A stretch of DNA of 64,000 bases from the human T2T-CHM13v2.0 reference genome, Homo sapiens, in NCBI RefSeq assembly GCF_009914755.1, contig NC_060935.1; one strand, written 5' to 3'. Position 1 is the first letter of the stretch. Each line of letters starts with the position of its first letter. A program made the position numbers and the translations under genes. Of this stretch, positions 1-16,968 are shown piece by piece. The notes beneath the pieces are model-generated. The model made no database searches. It had not been told where the DNA came from and saw nothing but the letters and a program-made list of their open reading frames with translations.

Positions 1-36
1 TGCTGGGATTACAGGCATGAGCCACTGTGCCTGGTC
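1..36 (-). mobile_element. Alu 5' end (element extends off the window)
   Basis: TGCTGGGATTACAGGCATGAGCCACTGTGCCTGG is the reverse complement of the Alu head. Confidence 0.9.
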
Positions 37-556
37 GATAACAGTTATTATTAGGTAAGCATTGATCTTAAGGGAAATTTGTATTTTTAATCACATCAGG
101 AAATATGTACACTTAGAAATAGAACCTAATGTGTGAAACTCATGACCAGTTCAGCCTACTACACACTATGTGTGCTGGAAACAAGGATTCATGGAGTTCT
201 TCCAGCACTCAGAGACACCTAGAAGGAACCACTGCCGGGGGAGCAAGTCCACACCCTTATGTTGCACACAAGGACTTCCAAGGCCCTTTTCCTGCCAGCC
301 CCTGTCCCTTCCTCTCCTTTCTCCCAGGTGCTCCATGCTCAGCCATTGCTGTTTATATTTCATTTCTTAGGCCTCACATGAGTCACACCCTTGCACCAGG
401 GTATATGGGTTTCCCTTTCCCTCTATAGCTTTTTGTTCCTATGACATCTGACAACCCCATCTTTAGAATCCACTTCTCCTCTGTAAAGCTTTCTTGGATA
501 CTCACATATTACATCAAATCTTTACACACACGTGCATTCACATGCATAGATATCTG

Positions 557-1490
557 TTTTTTTTAAATTATACATTAAGTTCTGGGATACATGGCATAAC
601 GTGCAGGTTTGTTACATAGGTATACATGTGCCATGGTGGTTTGTTGCACCCATCAACCCGTCATCTACATTAGGTATTTCTCCTAATGTTATCCCTGCAG
701 TAGCCCCCCAACTCCTGACAGGCCCTGGTGTGTGATGTTCCCCTCTCTGTGGCCATGTGTTCTCATTGTTCAACTCCCAATTATGAGTGAGAACATGCGG
801 TGTTCGGCTTTCTGTTCTTGTGTTGGTTTGCTGAGAAAGATGGTTTCCAGCTTCATCCATGTCCCTGCAAAGGTCATGAACTCATCCTTTTTATGGCTGC
901 ATAGTATTCCATGGTGCATGTGTGCCACATTTTCTTTATCCAGTCTATTATTGATGGACATTTGGGTTGGTTCCAAATCTTTGCTATTGTGAACAGTGCC
1001 ATAGTAAACATACATGTGCATGTGTTTTTATAGTAGAATGATTTATAATCCTTTGGGTATATACCCAGTAATGCAATTGCTGGGTCAAATGGTATTTCTG
1101 GTTCTAGATCCTTGAGGAATCACCACACTGTCTTCCACAATAGTTGAACTAATTTACACTCTTACCAACAGTGTAAAAGCATTCCTCTTTCTCCGTATCC
1201 TCTCCAGTGTCTGTTGTTTCCTGACTTTTTAATGATTGCCATTCTAACTGGCGTGAGATGGTATCTCACTGTGGTTTTGATTTGCATTTCTCTAATAACC
1301 AGTGATGATGAGCCTTTTTTCGTATGTTTGTTGGCTGCATAAATGTCTTCTTTTGCGAAGTGTCTGTTCATATCCTTTGCCCACTTTTTGATTTTTTTTC
1401 TTGTAAATTTGTTTAAGTTCTTTGTAGATTCTGAATATTAGCCCTTCATCAGATGGCTAGATTGCAAAAATTTGCCAGTTCACTCTGATG
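557..1490 (-). mobile_element. 5'-truncated L1PA-type LINE-1 3' end
   Basis: L1 3'UTR and ORF2 C-terminal translations ([16 protein letters not shown]..., WMKLETIFLSK). Approximate TSD GATATC(CC)TGTTTT at about 549 and 1491. Empty site in copy B near 50480. Confidence 0.92.
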
Positions 1491-2134
1491 GATATCCCTG
1501 TTTTATCATCACTTTTTCTTCCTGTGATACAGGACACATATCATAGCATTGTGATAAGAACATATTACATGAATACTAGAAAGCATTCAACAAATCTTAG
1601 CAATCTTTACTATAATGCTTACAATTAATACCTTTCTGTTTATTGAGCACCCTAATATGCGTTTTGCCAGAAGCCTTCCAAGTTCTGTATGACTTAGTCC
1701 TCACTAGTTCCCAAGAAGGTCTGAGATTGTTCCCACTAATGAACCTGAGAATGACAAATGCTCTACCCAGTGCCCCTCAACACTGGCTCTGTTTTAGAAT
1801 TCACTGGGAAGCTGTCAAAAGCAATCAGTGTCCAGGCTCCATCCGGGGTGCACGTGTGTATTTGTGTGCAAATAGAGTCCATGCAGTCCCTGGTCTTGGA
1901 CCTCCCGCTCTTATAGGTGCAGGCATCCAGTGAACTGGGGAGGGAGTAGCTGGGACAGGAGTCCCCCATGATACTCACAGGACTCCGGACATCACCCGGC
2001 TGTTACCTTGAGGCCTTTCCCTTAGCTACTTCCATAGTCTTTAAAGCCTGGGGATTTCAAGGTGCTCACTCTAATCACATGGGGGTCACATAAGGTTAAG
2101 TTTCCTTCCTGAGCTGCTGTTAAAAGAGTGTGAA

Positions 2135-2432
2135 GGCCGGGCACGGTGGCTCACGCTTGTAATCCCAGCACTTTGGGAGGCTGAGGCAGGCAGATCACAA
2201 GGTCAAGAGACCATCCTGGCCAACATGGTGAAACCCTGTCTCTACCAAAATTACAAAAATTAGCTGGGCATGGTGGCGCACGCCTGTAGTCCCAGCTACT
2301 CAGGAGGCTGAGGCAGGAGAATTGCTTGAACCTGGGAGGCAGAGGTTGCAGTAAGCCGAGATCACCACGCACTCCAGCCTGGCGACAGAGCGAGACTCCG
2401 TCTCAACAACAACAATAACAATCACAAAAAAC
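2135..2432 (+). mobile_element. Alu (AluSc-like)
   Basis: Full Alu with GATCACAAGGTCAAGAG diagnostic region; TSD AAAAGAGTGTGAAG. Confidence 0.95.
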
Positions 2433-3677
2433 AAAAGAGTGTGAAGTGAGATCCAGCAAGACTGCTCAGGCTGGGGCAGGGAGGGAGGGTATCGAGAGTC
2501 ATTGTTTAAGGGGTACAGAGTTTCTGTTTGGGATAACGACAATGAAAATGAATATTTCAAAGGCATCATAAATGCTCCTAAGGCTGCTGAACTGTACACT
2601 TAAAAATAGCTGAAATGAACATTTTTTGCTTATTTTACCACAATACAAAAAAATACTGCAAGGGCTGCCATTGCCTGAGGGGCAGCAGGAAGATACCTGC
2701 AAAAGGGAGCTAGGCCTGTGTTTTACCCCCTGGACCTGTCAGCATTCCAAAGTCAGCACTTCTCTAGGTGTCCATGCTCTCATTGATTCACCTGCTGGAT
2801 GTCTTCTTTGTTGAAGATATTGCTAATTTTTAAGAAACTCTCATTCAAAAAGCTGAGATTGAGGTTTGCCAGGGACATAGAATTCACTCATGCAGGGTCT
2901 GTTGACTTTATCCCTTAAAGCCTCTCCCATAACCTCCAAGCTAAGTAAAGTCTCATAATTTGCCTCCTGCACAAATATTATCAATCTCTGCCTAGGCTCT
3001 TTTCCTCAAATGTCTTCTTCCTGTGATCCATCTGACACTTTATGACAAGCTCAATATTCTGAACACAAAGCTCTCATTTTGTCATAAGCTTCATTAAAGT
3101 GAACCTTCAATGAATCTCCATTTTTTTATGAAATAAAGCTCAACATTTCAATTCAGAAATCGGCATATTCAAGTCTGTATAATAATCTAAGCTTCACATT
3201 GTTAAAAAATATGTGTTTTCCTTTCTATCCTTATTCTTTCACTTTTTTTCTCTCAGCTGTTTTCTAACAGCTTAGGGGCTAGAAAAAGAGAAGAGAAAAG
3301 GAAATAAAGTTCTTAATTTACACACTATTTTGTAATTCATTCAGTTTCTCTGGGTCTGACAGATGTTTTATGTCATGGGTAAGTTTCATGAGTGCTTTAT
3401 AAAGTCCAGATTAGTAAGATCTCTCCTTCGTTTTATGGTTTAACAAGTATTCAGACAACAACAAAGAACTTTAGAGAAATTAAAACATGATAGCTGGAAT
3501 AATTAATAGAATTGAAAGAAAAAATTAAAATAGTGTCATGAAAAGCAGTATGTATGTGGTGGAAAAGATAAAGAAATAAAAAATATGAGAGAAAAGAAAA
3601 GAAGGTTGGAGGATGAATCCATTATGTCCAACTGAAAGAATTCCAGAATGACAGAGATCATGGTGGAAAGAAAGTCA

Positions 3678-3986
<309 letters not shown>

Positions 3987-4957
3987 TCAAAAAATTTCCC
4001 AGAAAAAAATACAGTATTGAAAAATCCATAGACATCCATCTGTTTTCCATACCAAAAAATATTTTGCTAACATTCTGGAACATTGTCTTTAAGAAAAGGT
4101 CTTTCTTTCCCAGAAAGAAACAGTGAGGCACATACAGTGATGGGGAATAATAATGGAACCAACACAAGAACTGGTGGATGGAGGATAAATACTAAAAAAT
4201 CAGAGGATTGTCAACCTCTAATTCTATACAAATATGAATCTGTAATCAGCCTACTCATTCAAACACAAAGATAAAATAAAGATCCTCAAACATTTTATGC
4301 CCAATAAACTTCTTCTCCAAAAGGTACTGGAGGACAGACCCCAGCAAAAACAAGTACAACAAGAAAGAGAAAGACATGGGACTCGGTAAACAGTGATGAA
4401 AATAGGAGTTAGTGGATAAATCAAGAGAACAGTAATAAAAGATTATTTGGAACATGGAAATCCTTCTGTAGAGAAAGAAGGTCTCAGGTCAATGCAGAAT
4501 CGACACCACACCAAATGGGGGAGGGTGATACATTTTGTTGAAAGGATTCATAAATTTCCTTAAGGAATTAATCAGCAAGTTGAATGGGAAGACACGATAT
4601 AGAACTGAAGAAAGTTACAATGTATATCACTGAGATGAGATCTTATTATGCAAATTAAAAACCTATAGAAATCCAAGGATATAGAAAGGAAAGCTTGTGG
4701 AAGAGGTGATGGCTGAGTTGGACCATGAAGCACCTAGAAGACGAGGATGACAGGCAGGGGAAGCAGGGCCTCCAGGTGCATGGAGCAGCCTGGGCAAAGG
4801 CATGGACATGAGGCTGACTCAACCACCTGGAGGACAAAGATGCCCACATTCCTGCTGGCACCTTGCCAGGCTGGGGCTACACTCCCTGTTTGCTGAGTAT
4901 GAGGCTCACGAATGCTACTGGTCATTCATCACAAGAGCAAATGTGTGCAGGTATTTC

Positions 4958-5180
4958 TCTAGCACTTGGCAGTACTGACATCAAAGGTAAGTAATCCTTT
5001 TTCTGTGGGATCTGTCCTTTGCATTGTAGGAGGTTCAGCAGTACCCCTGGCCTCTGCCCCCTGGGTGCTGATAGTACCCTACCACCATCCAGCTGTGACA
5101 CCCAAAACTGTCCAGACTGATGTCTTTGGGAATAGGGAGGAGATGGGAGTAGGTGTGCCCTAGTTGACAATCGCTGCTCT
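4958..5180. mobile_element. MER20 (hAT-Charlie) remnant; paralogous copy at about 53893-54123
   Basis: GCATTGTAGGAGGTTCAGCAG(T/C)ACCCCTG...GTGACA(C/A)CCAAAA core present in both duplicon copies. Confidence 0.8.
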
Positions 5181-5536
5181 ACAGTGGAAAACTTTATGTC
5201 GGTTCTCCTATGTGACTCTTGCAATGGCCCTAAGGCAGGCGTTCACAACTTTGGGATCACCACAGTTACCAGAAAAACGAATGGGGCATTGAAAAGAAAA
5301 AAAAGTCATGAACTTAATGGAGAAGATGTTAGTGTAAATATCTAATGAACCAAATCAGTTGTTACATGGGTACAGGATTAAGCTTTTCACCACACATTAT
5401 AGGGAAATGTCAAGTTAAGTAAAGTTCATAGTTTTGGTTAAGGAGCCAAGGAGAATTAGCCAGGGGCTGACACCTGACCTCGGCTCTGCTTCCTAATCCA
5501 GCTCCATCTCCCAACTCATTAGATGAATCCAGGTCA

Positions 5537-5962
<426 letters not shown>

Positions 5963-7019
5963 TCATCCAAGAAAGTACAACATTAGTGTTAGTGCCCAGG
6001 ATGTCACCCAGATGTGTGGTTAGTGTTGTGTGTAATCCCTGCCTTTACTAAAGATTCAAATGTCAATGAGTGCCTCTTTTTAGATAGACCTTGTACTAAA
6101 ACATGAGAGATATCATCAGTGAACTCTTGTAAAGCACCAAATTTTGGCCCAGAAAATAAATTACAAAATTATTGATTAAGCACTTATTGTATGATGTTGT
6201 CATACAGAAGCAGGACATGCAGAGAGGCCATGTTCTCCAGGAGCATGAACAGAGAGGACAGGTCAGCTCCAGGGGATGTCAGGTCGGAGCTGCCCACGGA
6301 GAGCCACAGGTCCCTGGGAAAGGGGAGATCCAGGGAGTTGGAGGGGCCAGCAAAGAACACAAGGTGTGAGCTGCTTTGATGTGGCTTCCAGAATGAATGA
6401 AGCGTTTCAACCCAGAGTGACTAAGGCAAGGCAGTGGAGACCACAGGGAGCAGAGTAAAATTGTTCAATTACTGTAAGGTAAAATTGCAAAGTAAACGTA
6501 AATTATTTCAATAATTTCTCAAGCAGAAAACTGCGGGTCTTGTGCAGAAATCCACACGGAGTTCCCACAGGGCAGCAGTGGGTGTCAAGGTCACCAGGAT
6601 CCACCTGAACCATGGTGTGCAGGCTTCTCAGTGTCCAGCCAAGGAGGGAAATAGTGTTGACAGCAGCTTGTGGAGGCAGAACACCTGGCTTCATATCCTG
6701 TTTCTGCCACTTCCCAGCTGTGTCCCAAAAAGTTCTATGGAATCTCTGTGTCCTTTCTCCTGTAGCTGGGGTGAAATGATCTGCCCACTTCACAGGGTGG
6801 TGATCACACATCCAGTTTGCTCAGGACAGGCCTGGTTTACATTGTTATCCTGGCATCCCACCCATTTAGGGTTCCCTTTTATTCTCCAAAGTGCCCCTCA
6901 TTTACAATCAATAGCATGGTCACCCTGCTCATAGGATAATGGCTGTGAGATTCAAAGGGGCTTACAACAGTGCCCGTCATTTAGGAACTGGTGTAGAATT
7001 GTTTTTCATTCATATTTTA

Positions 7020-7225
7020 TTGAACATTTCCTGAAAGTTGCTAAACAATGAGATCTTAAATGTTCTTATCACAAAAAAAACAAGTGTGTGAGATGATGGT
7101 GTGTTAATTAGCTTGAATTAATCATTTCAGAATGTATATATACATCAAAACATATAAACCATAAATAAATATAATTTTTATTTGTCAATTTACCTTAGTA
7201 AAGCTGGGTAAAAAATTAAAAAATG
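7020..7225 (+). mobile_element. Old L1M 3'-end fragment
   Basis: GATCTTAAATGTTCTTATCACAAAAAA...GTTAATTAGCTTGA...TTTATTTGTCAATTTACCTTAGTAAAGCTGG pattern. Confidence 0.75.
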
Positions 7226-7340
7226 TATGTAAACATGTTCAATAAATTGGAACTGGTTTCTGGGAAGATTAATATGGTAATACTAAGTAGAAGATGCTTG
7301 GGTGATAAGTTATTTGTAAATTATTTCAATAAAACTCTGA

Positions 7341-7638
<298 letters not shown>

Positions 7639-9994
7639 TCATAAAACCAAAAAACCTCTGAGGAAAGGGGAACGCTGAAAAAAAATCAAATACACATGGA
7701 TCAAAACACAGAACTTTGTTTTCAAACTTAAAAGTTTTAGCTTATATCTGAATAGTTACTCAAATATTTTAGAGAATATTATGTGGAAGCCGAGTTTCAG
7801 TAGTGTCGAACAGTCCTAGTGGTCCTTGGAGTTTACCATAAATACATTTTTTTATTATTCAAAAATAATGGCTACCAGCTGACATCTGGATAGCACCTGC
7901 TTTGTGCCAAGCACTGTTCTCAGGACTTTCCACTTTTTACTTGTGAATCACAGCAATTCTATGACTGTTCCCATTTTAAAGGGAACACACAGCATTAAGT
8001 CTCCTGTCCAATGTGGCAGTCAGCAAACGGAGGAGCTGTGATGTGAACACAAGTGGTGGTCAGGCTCCGAGTCCTCACTCACCACCCACCTGCCATCCAA
8101 CCCTTACGAGAAAGGGCTGCAGAACCTGCAGAGATGGGACCCAGCAGTGCAACACAGCGGCGCTCAGCAGAGCTGCAGCTTCTCAGGCCCTCCCTTCCCA
8201 GATCCTTCCTGGGAGTCTTGGGAATGTCCAGCTGGGATGGGACTGCCCCATGGAATAAGGGATTTTATCCTTTCCTTACTTTTCAATCATCTGACTCCTC
8301 TGGGAGTCACCTCCGGCATCTTCTGAATTTATCCATCTTTAACCTACCTCTCCCTACCCACAGCCTCCCCTCAACCTCTGAGCCAGAGGACGTTTCTCCC
8401 ACTTAAGGGAAAGCACCCTTTCCCTCCTTTGGCCTTCCAGAGCCCTTCATCCATCTCTCTCTGCACCTCTCCTTTCCCGTCCGGGCTTATAGTCTCCTGT
8501 GTGTGTCTCCCCAGGCCTCTCAGAGGTACAGAGGGTCACAGGTCTCTTCTGACAATTGAGTGAGTATGAAAAACGCACCACCGTCACGTGCATCTTGGGT
8601 GTGTGTGTAAGGGGAAGGGGGTTCTTCCTTGGTTGCTGTAGACTCCCCATGGAAGCTACAGCCTCTCCTTTCCTCAGCCCCATTTCAGAAAGGAGAGGCC
8701 AGAAAGCGTTTCTGATGCTTGCGGTCTCTTTAGAGGATTCACCCTGTTCCCTTCACTCAATCCCAACCCCGTGTCACCAGATGTATTCACCCCTACGCAG
8801 GGGGAGGTCAGTCTTTGCAAGCTTCTGACACATTTTGGGACACTGAGCTGGAATATGGGGGTGCTGGGGTGGATTGAACACTGAGCAACTCAGACTTGGA
8901 ATCCCAGCATGAGGCTCGGGCGCGAGGGAGGCGCTGGGTCTAGACGAGGCCTTGGTGACTTGAACAACAGGCATATTGCTGCCAACAAAGATGGCTCCAA
9001 GACCAGAGGCCTTTCCTGAAGTTCTGTTCTGTGTAAGAAGGTGACTGACAAGGCAGGGCCACAAGGACTGGGGCACCAGGCAGAGCCCCAATAAGTACTG
9101 GCCAAGGAGACACTCTCACATTTCATAATCAAGGTCCTTCACTACCCTTGGGAAACAAGGCCACCAGCCAGGGTCAGCTGTGTACAGTGGTAAGTAAACA
9201 ACACTTCTCCTTTCTGTCCTCCCCAAAATTAGGTTTGTTCTTGGCCACTGAGGCTCCACCTGAATGGTGGAAAGAAACATGTCGCAAGTAATCCAGAGAG
9301 AAAACAATGCATTCACAGGGAATTAACAATGGATTCATTCCTCTGGCTGTTTCATCGACTTCTTTTTTTTTCTTTTTTCTTTTTTTACCTGAGCCAACTT
9401 TGTTTTTCTTGTTCCTATGACCTTCACTGTGCCCCTAATTAAACAGGGATGGGCTTTCTATCATGTGAGGCTGTCCCGTCCTTTTCCTGATTCTATGTGG
9501 CCACGTTCCTTCCCTTCCTTACCTTGCCAGTGCCATCTGTCCTCAAGCTTCTGTACTTGCAGTTCCCTCTCCCTGGAATTCTCTTCCCCAGATGTGTCCT
9601 TGGACATCACCATCCACTCATCCAAGTCTCAGCTGAAACAGCACCTGCTCCTACAGGCTGCCTTGGGGGGCTTACAGGCCACTGCCCCTGGGCAGGCCAT
9701 CTATGACAGCATTCAGCTGTTGTGAATATTTTGTTGTTCTTTGCAGCAATGACCACTTTCTCATACCTCTGATATATCTTTAGTCTTGTTCTTTGTGTCC
9801 TTCATTAGAAAATAAGGTCCACAGGAGCAAGCACCTGGTCTAACCTGTTTCTATAACTGAATCTAGTGCAAGGCCCAGCTCACAGGAGAAGCAAAACAGT
9901 GATGCGTACAACAAGGGATCCACGCATGAATGCAACTGCCATTTATTCAGAATTATCTCATGCTTGGCTGCGTGATTAAAAATTTACAGAGCGT

Positions 9995-10672
<678 letters not shown>

Positions 10673-11064
10673 TTATACCCGTTTCACAAAGACAGAAAGG
10701 AAGCCCAGAGGGACCAGCATTGTAATTTGCCCAAAGACACAGCATGAGTACGTGTGGCCTCCAGGATCCACACCCACACCTGCCCAAATCTTATCACCTA
10801 AATCTCATCATCACCCAACCCCATTGCCACCCACTGCCTAGCACTGCCTGCCCAAGCAGTCAGTTACTCCACTCACTCACAGCATCCTCTCAGTCAGTGG
10901 ATAGAAAACCGTAAAAGGCTAACAAAGAACTAAACACAAATTAAATTATAAATATATTGTAAAATAAATTTGTAAAGTTGAATTAACTTAGTGTTGTAAT
11001 TCTTAACAAGAATAACAAGAAGCTTTCAGTAGAGGTTAGATATTAATGTTTTCCCCAAAACTTA

Positions 11065-11640
<576 letters not shown>

Positions 11641-11830
11641 CTACAATAATAACAACATTGTTGAGACCACAAGATCACGCCACTGGGTTTTGCTTTATAT
11701 TTTGGAAAACACTGTCACATCCATTTTACTAAAAGCCATGTATCATTATTGTAGTCCCCAGATTGTCAGGGATCCAAATATTACTGCCTTCTTGGTTTCT
11801 ACAAACAGAGCACAGGCTGGCTGTGTTCCC

Positions 11831-11923
11831 ATTGGTGTACACTATTGTGTCCTGGTCCCATGCCAGGTTGACACATTGCCTCATTCCTGGGAGGGACTAA
11901 GGTGCCTCCCTGGGGAATAAATA
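11831..11923 (+). promoter_or_regulatory. SCGB2A1 proximal promoter: inverted CCAAT (ATTGG 11831-11835), inverted GGGAGG...CCTCCC GA/GC-box pair (about 11889-11910), TATA-like AATAAATA (11916-11923)
   Basis: Motifs read directly, about 85-175 bp upstream of the ATG, with TATA-like spacing from the presumed start site. Confidence 0.7.
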
Positions 11924-12006
11924 GAGCAGGGCTGGGTACTCACCTCCACAGCAACTTCCTTGATCCCTGCCACGCACGACTGAACACAGACAGCAGCCGC
12001 CTCGCC

Positions 12007-12061
12007 ATGAAGCTGCTGATGGTCCTCATGCTGGCGGCCCTCCTCCTGCACTGCTATGCAG
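12007..12061 (+). CDS. SCGB2A1: SCGB2A1 coding exon 1 (signal peptide MKLLMVLMLAALLLHCYA, phase-1 donor)
   Basis: CTCGCCATG start at 12007, hydrophobic signal peptide, donor G|GTGAGT at 12061/12062. The spliced product is the 95-aa mammaglobin B/lipophilin C sequence I recognise. Confidence 0.98.
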
Positions 12062-12295
12062 GTGAGTTCTGGGCAGAGAGGGCTGCTTCTGGGCTAGGAA
12101 TTGTCACCTGGGCCCCTGTAGAAGAACTCCCAACCTCTAATCCCCAGCACAGACGAGCCCCAGTGTGAAGGGCCTGGGTGCGATAGGCCTTAGGATCCCC
12201 ATGAGTTCCTGACAATCAAGCATGCAGTGTCCTCATGGGCTGTCCCCTGCATTGGAGCTGCACACAGTGTATCATGGCACTCAGCGTCTCACCAT

Positions 12296-12308
12296 GGTCA
12301 CGGTGACC
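12296..12308. promoter_or_regulatory. Perfect palindromic estrogen response element GGTCAcggTGACC in SCGB2A1 intron 1
   Basis: Exact match to GGTCAnnnTGACC; the palindrome extends to ATGGTCAcggTGACCAT (12294-12310). Function is not shown by sequence alone. Confidence 0.75.
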
Positions 12309-12908
12309 ATAGAAACCAGGATGAGTCTCAGGATTAAATATTGAAATGAACTATTTCAGTGGGGCAAGGGAGAGATGGCATCTACACCTAGAAATCAGGA
12401 AATAATCATGGGTCTCCTTGAATGTGGAACGAAATAGGAAACCTCCCAGGACAGAAGGCCCAGGCTGCAGAGTGTGACCCAGTGTCTCTCACCCTGTGTG
12501 GCTCACTCTGTGTTCTCAGAGTTGATCTGGGTCCTTCTGGGATGCCCTTACCCTCCCAGTTGCTTCAGGCTCAAGGCAGACAGGTGAGAACTCACAACCC
12601 CTGGAGTCTCCTTCCAGCACTAAAGATTCAGTGGGAGGAAAAAGCCCCGGCTGCTGGAATCAGCGCTAATATTTCCATAGGTAGCCTGCCTTGTGCAGTT
12701 CACAAAGGTGGATTCCAAACCCTACCGTATTGGCATCCAAGGTAGGTGCAGATGTGTAGAAGGGTGACAAGCTCACAGTCAACTAACTGGAAAATCACAA
12801 AGTCCAGAGCACAACCAGCTCACATGAAGCCACGTCCTGAGCTCGTTCCTCTCCCTTACAGTGGGGGGTGACCTCAGATCCCCTCATGAACAAGCTCTAT
12901 TTCACATT

Positions 12909-12910
<2 letters not shown>

Positions 12911-12946
<36 letters not shown>

Positions 12947-13240
12947 AGACAGGGTCTTGCTCTGTCACCCAGGCTGGGACTGGGACTGGTGTGCAATGGC
13001 ACAGTCTCAGCTCACTGCAACCTCTTCCTCGAAGGCTCAAGTAATGCTCCTGCCTCAGCCTCCCGAGTAGCTGGGACTACAGGTGGACACCACTATGCCT
13101 GGCTAATTTTTAAATTTTTTGTAGAGATGAGGTCTCCCTGTGTTGTCCAGGCTGGTCTTGAACTCCTGAGCTCAAGCAATTCGCCTGCCTTGGCCTCCCT
13201 AAGTGCTGGGATTACAGGCGTGAGCCACCATACCTGGCCA
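12911..13240 (-). mobile_element. AluJ-like element in SCGB2A1 intron 1 whose tail is a (TG)16 microsatellite (12911-12942)
   Basis: The Alu body directly abuts the TG run; CACATTC on both sides. Confidence 0.9.
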
Positions 13241-13676
13241 CACATTCCCTTTTATTGCAGTAGAGTCAACAGAACTAATGGACAATGTCCTAGACCCATT
13301 CATCTGAAATCCTTGGAAACCCTACCTGATGCTGGGCATGATAACAGGGAAGCATTGCATGACTTTGAACCAAGAAAGTCCAAGCAGTGTTTGCTATGTC
13401 CCCCCAGTCAGAACACCTCATTTCTCGAGGGTCCTCTTCACCAAGAATACACAGGGTTGGGCTTCTCTGGGTTTGGAAGGTCAGAGAGAATTTGCAGAGC
13501 CTGAGTTTACACTCCCAGAATTGAGAACTCTGCATACTGCACCAAAATCTTTCTGAACCTCGGTCTGTCCCTGGAGGTACGAAGATAGCCAGCTTCCCAA
13601 TTCATCTGTAGAATGAATCACACCTCTAGTAATGGCCCATGTTCTTGTGTCTTTTTTTTTTTTTTTTTTTTTCCAG

Positions 13677-13864
13677 ATTCTGGCTGCAAACTCCTGGAGG
13701 ACATGGTTGAAAAGACCATCAATTCCGACATATCTATACCTGAATACAAAGAGCTTCTTCAAGAGTTCATAGACAGTGATGCCGCTGCAGAGGCTATGGG
13801 GAAATTCAAGCAGTGTTTCCTCAACCAGTCACATAGAACTCTGAAAAACTTTGGACTGATGATG
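13677..13864 (+). CDS. SCGB2A1: SCGB2A1 coding exon 2 (DSGCKLLEDMVEKTINSDISIPEYKELLQEFIDSDAAAEAMGKFKQCFLNQSHRTLKNFGLMM)
   Basis: T21-CCAG acceptor, 188-nt exon, ATG|GTAATT donor. In frame with exon 1 (55+188=243 nt). Uteroglobin-fold cysteines and an NQS sequon. Confidence 0.98.
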
Positions 13865-14187
13865 GTAATTTGGGTTTCTTCTTATGTACCCTTTGAAAAT
13901 CACTGATCAGAACCAGCGGGCTCTAAATTTGGCACCAAGAATGCCAAGCAACTGGTGAACAAACTTTCTTTATATATCAATTCATTAAACTTTGTCTCCA
14001 GGCTGCTTTGCCACTTCACATTGAGAATCTTTAGGGAGTGATAAATGGAAAAGGCAAAAAGGAGAAAAGAAAGCCTTAGAGATCACCCGTCTACCTCTGA
14101 CCTCACCAGTCCCTTCTCACACAGACACAGACACACATAAGCACACAAGTATAGACACACACAGACACACGGGGACAGGCATCGGCA

Positions 14188-16482
<2,295 letters not shown>

Positions 16483-16968
16483 TCCAATATTTCATAGGCC
16501 TCAAAGGTAATGGTGAAGAGTCTCAGACTGTTACAACATTTCTACCTTTTATGCCTGTGCAGCAACTCAAAACCATCACATTCTTGTATCTGAGCTGAGA
16601 TTTTTTAATAATTCTGTGTTGTAAAAGTGGTATCAGAAACAGTCCAAATGATCAGGTCTTCAACAAATAGTATATGCAGCATATTTATTGGATAAGTTAT
16701 TTCAAAGGATAGAATTTTTGGAGAAAAAAAGTATTACATGGATCACTGGTAGGGAAGAGATCCTACAACCCTGGCCCCTGTTTGGCATTATGAAGTGTCT
16801 CCTAGATAACAGAATAAATGGAGAGGGGATGCTGGCTTTGCTTCCACTGCAAATCCTCCTGAGAGTTAGCTGTTTGTGGACAAATGCAAGAAAACAAGAA
16901 GACAAGTTTTAATATTTGATTTAATAAGTGAAATTTGCAAACCTAAGTGACCTGCTTTTGTTTTCCAG

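Noticed and set aside
129-428. Similar short ORFs in both duplicon copies (129-428 and 49997-50325) as a possible hidden gene
   Set aside because: Start, stop and frame are not conserved, and I see no splice or protein-family signature; DNA paralogy explains the similarity.
11806-11850. Possible androgen/glucocorticoid response element in the SCGB2A1 promoter
   Set aside because: Only half-sites or wrong spacing relative to RGNACAnnnTGTNCY.
11902-12168. 88-aa ORF containing the SCGB2A1 signal peptide (similarly 13613-13906)
   Set aside because: Unspliced read-through of real exons into flanking or intronic sequence; the true CDS is spliced.
12914-13504. 196-aa ORF and many similar [15 protein letters not shown] ORFs
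   Set aside because: Antisense Alu translations, not genes.
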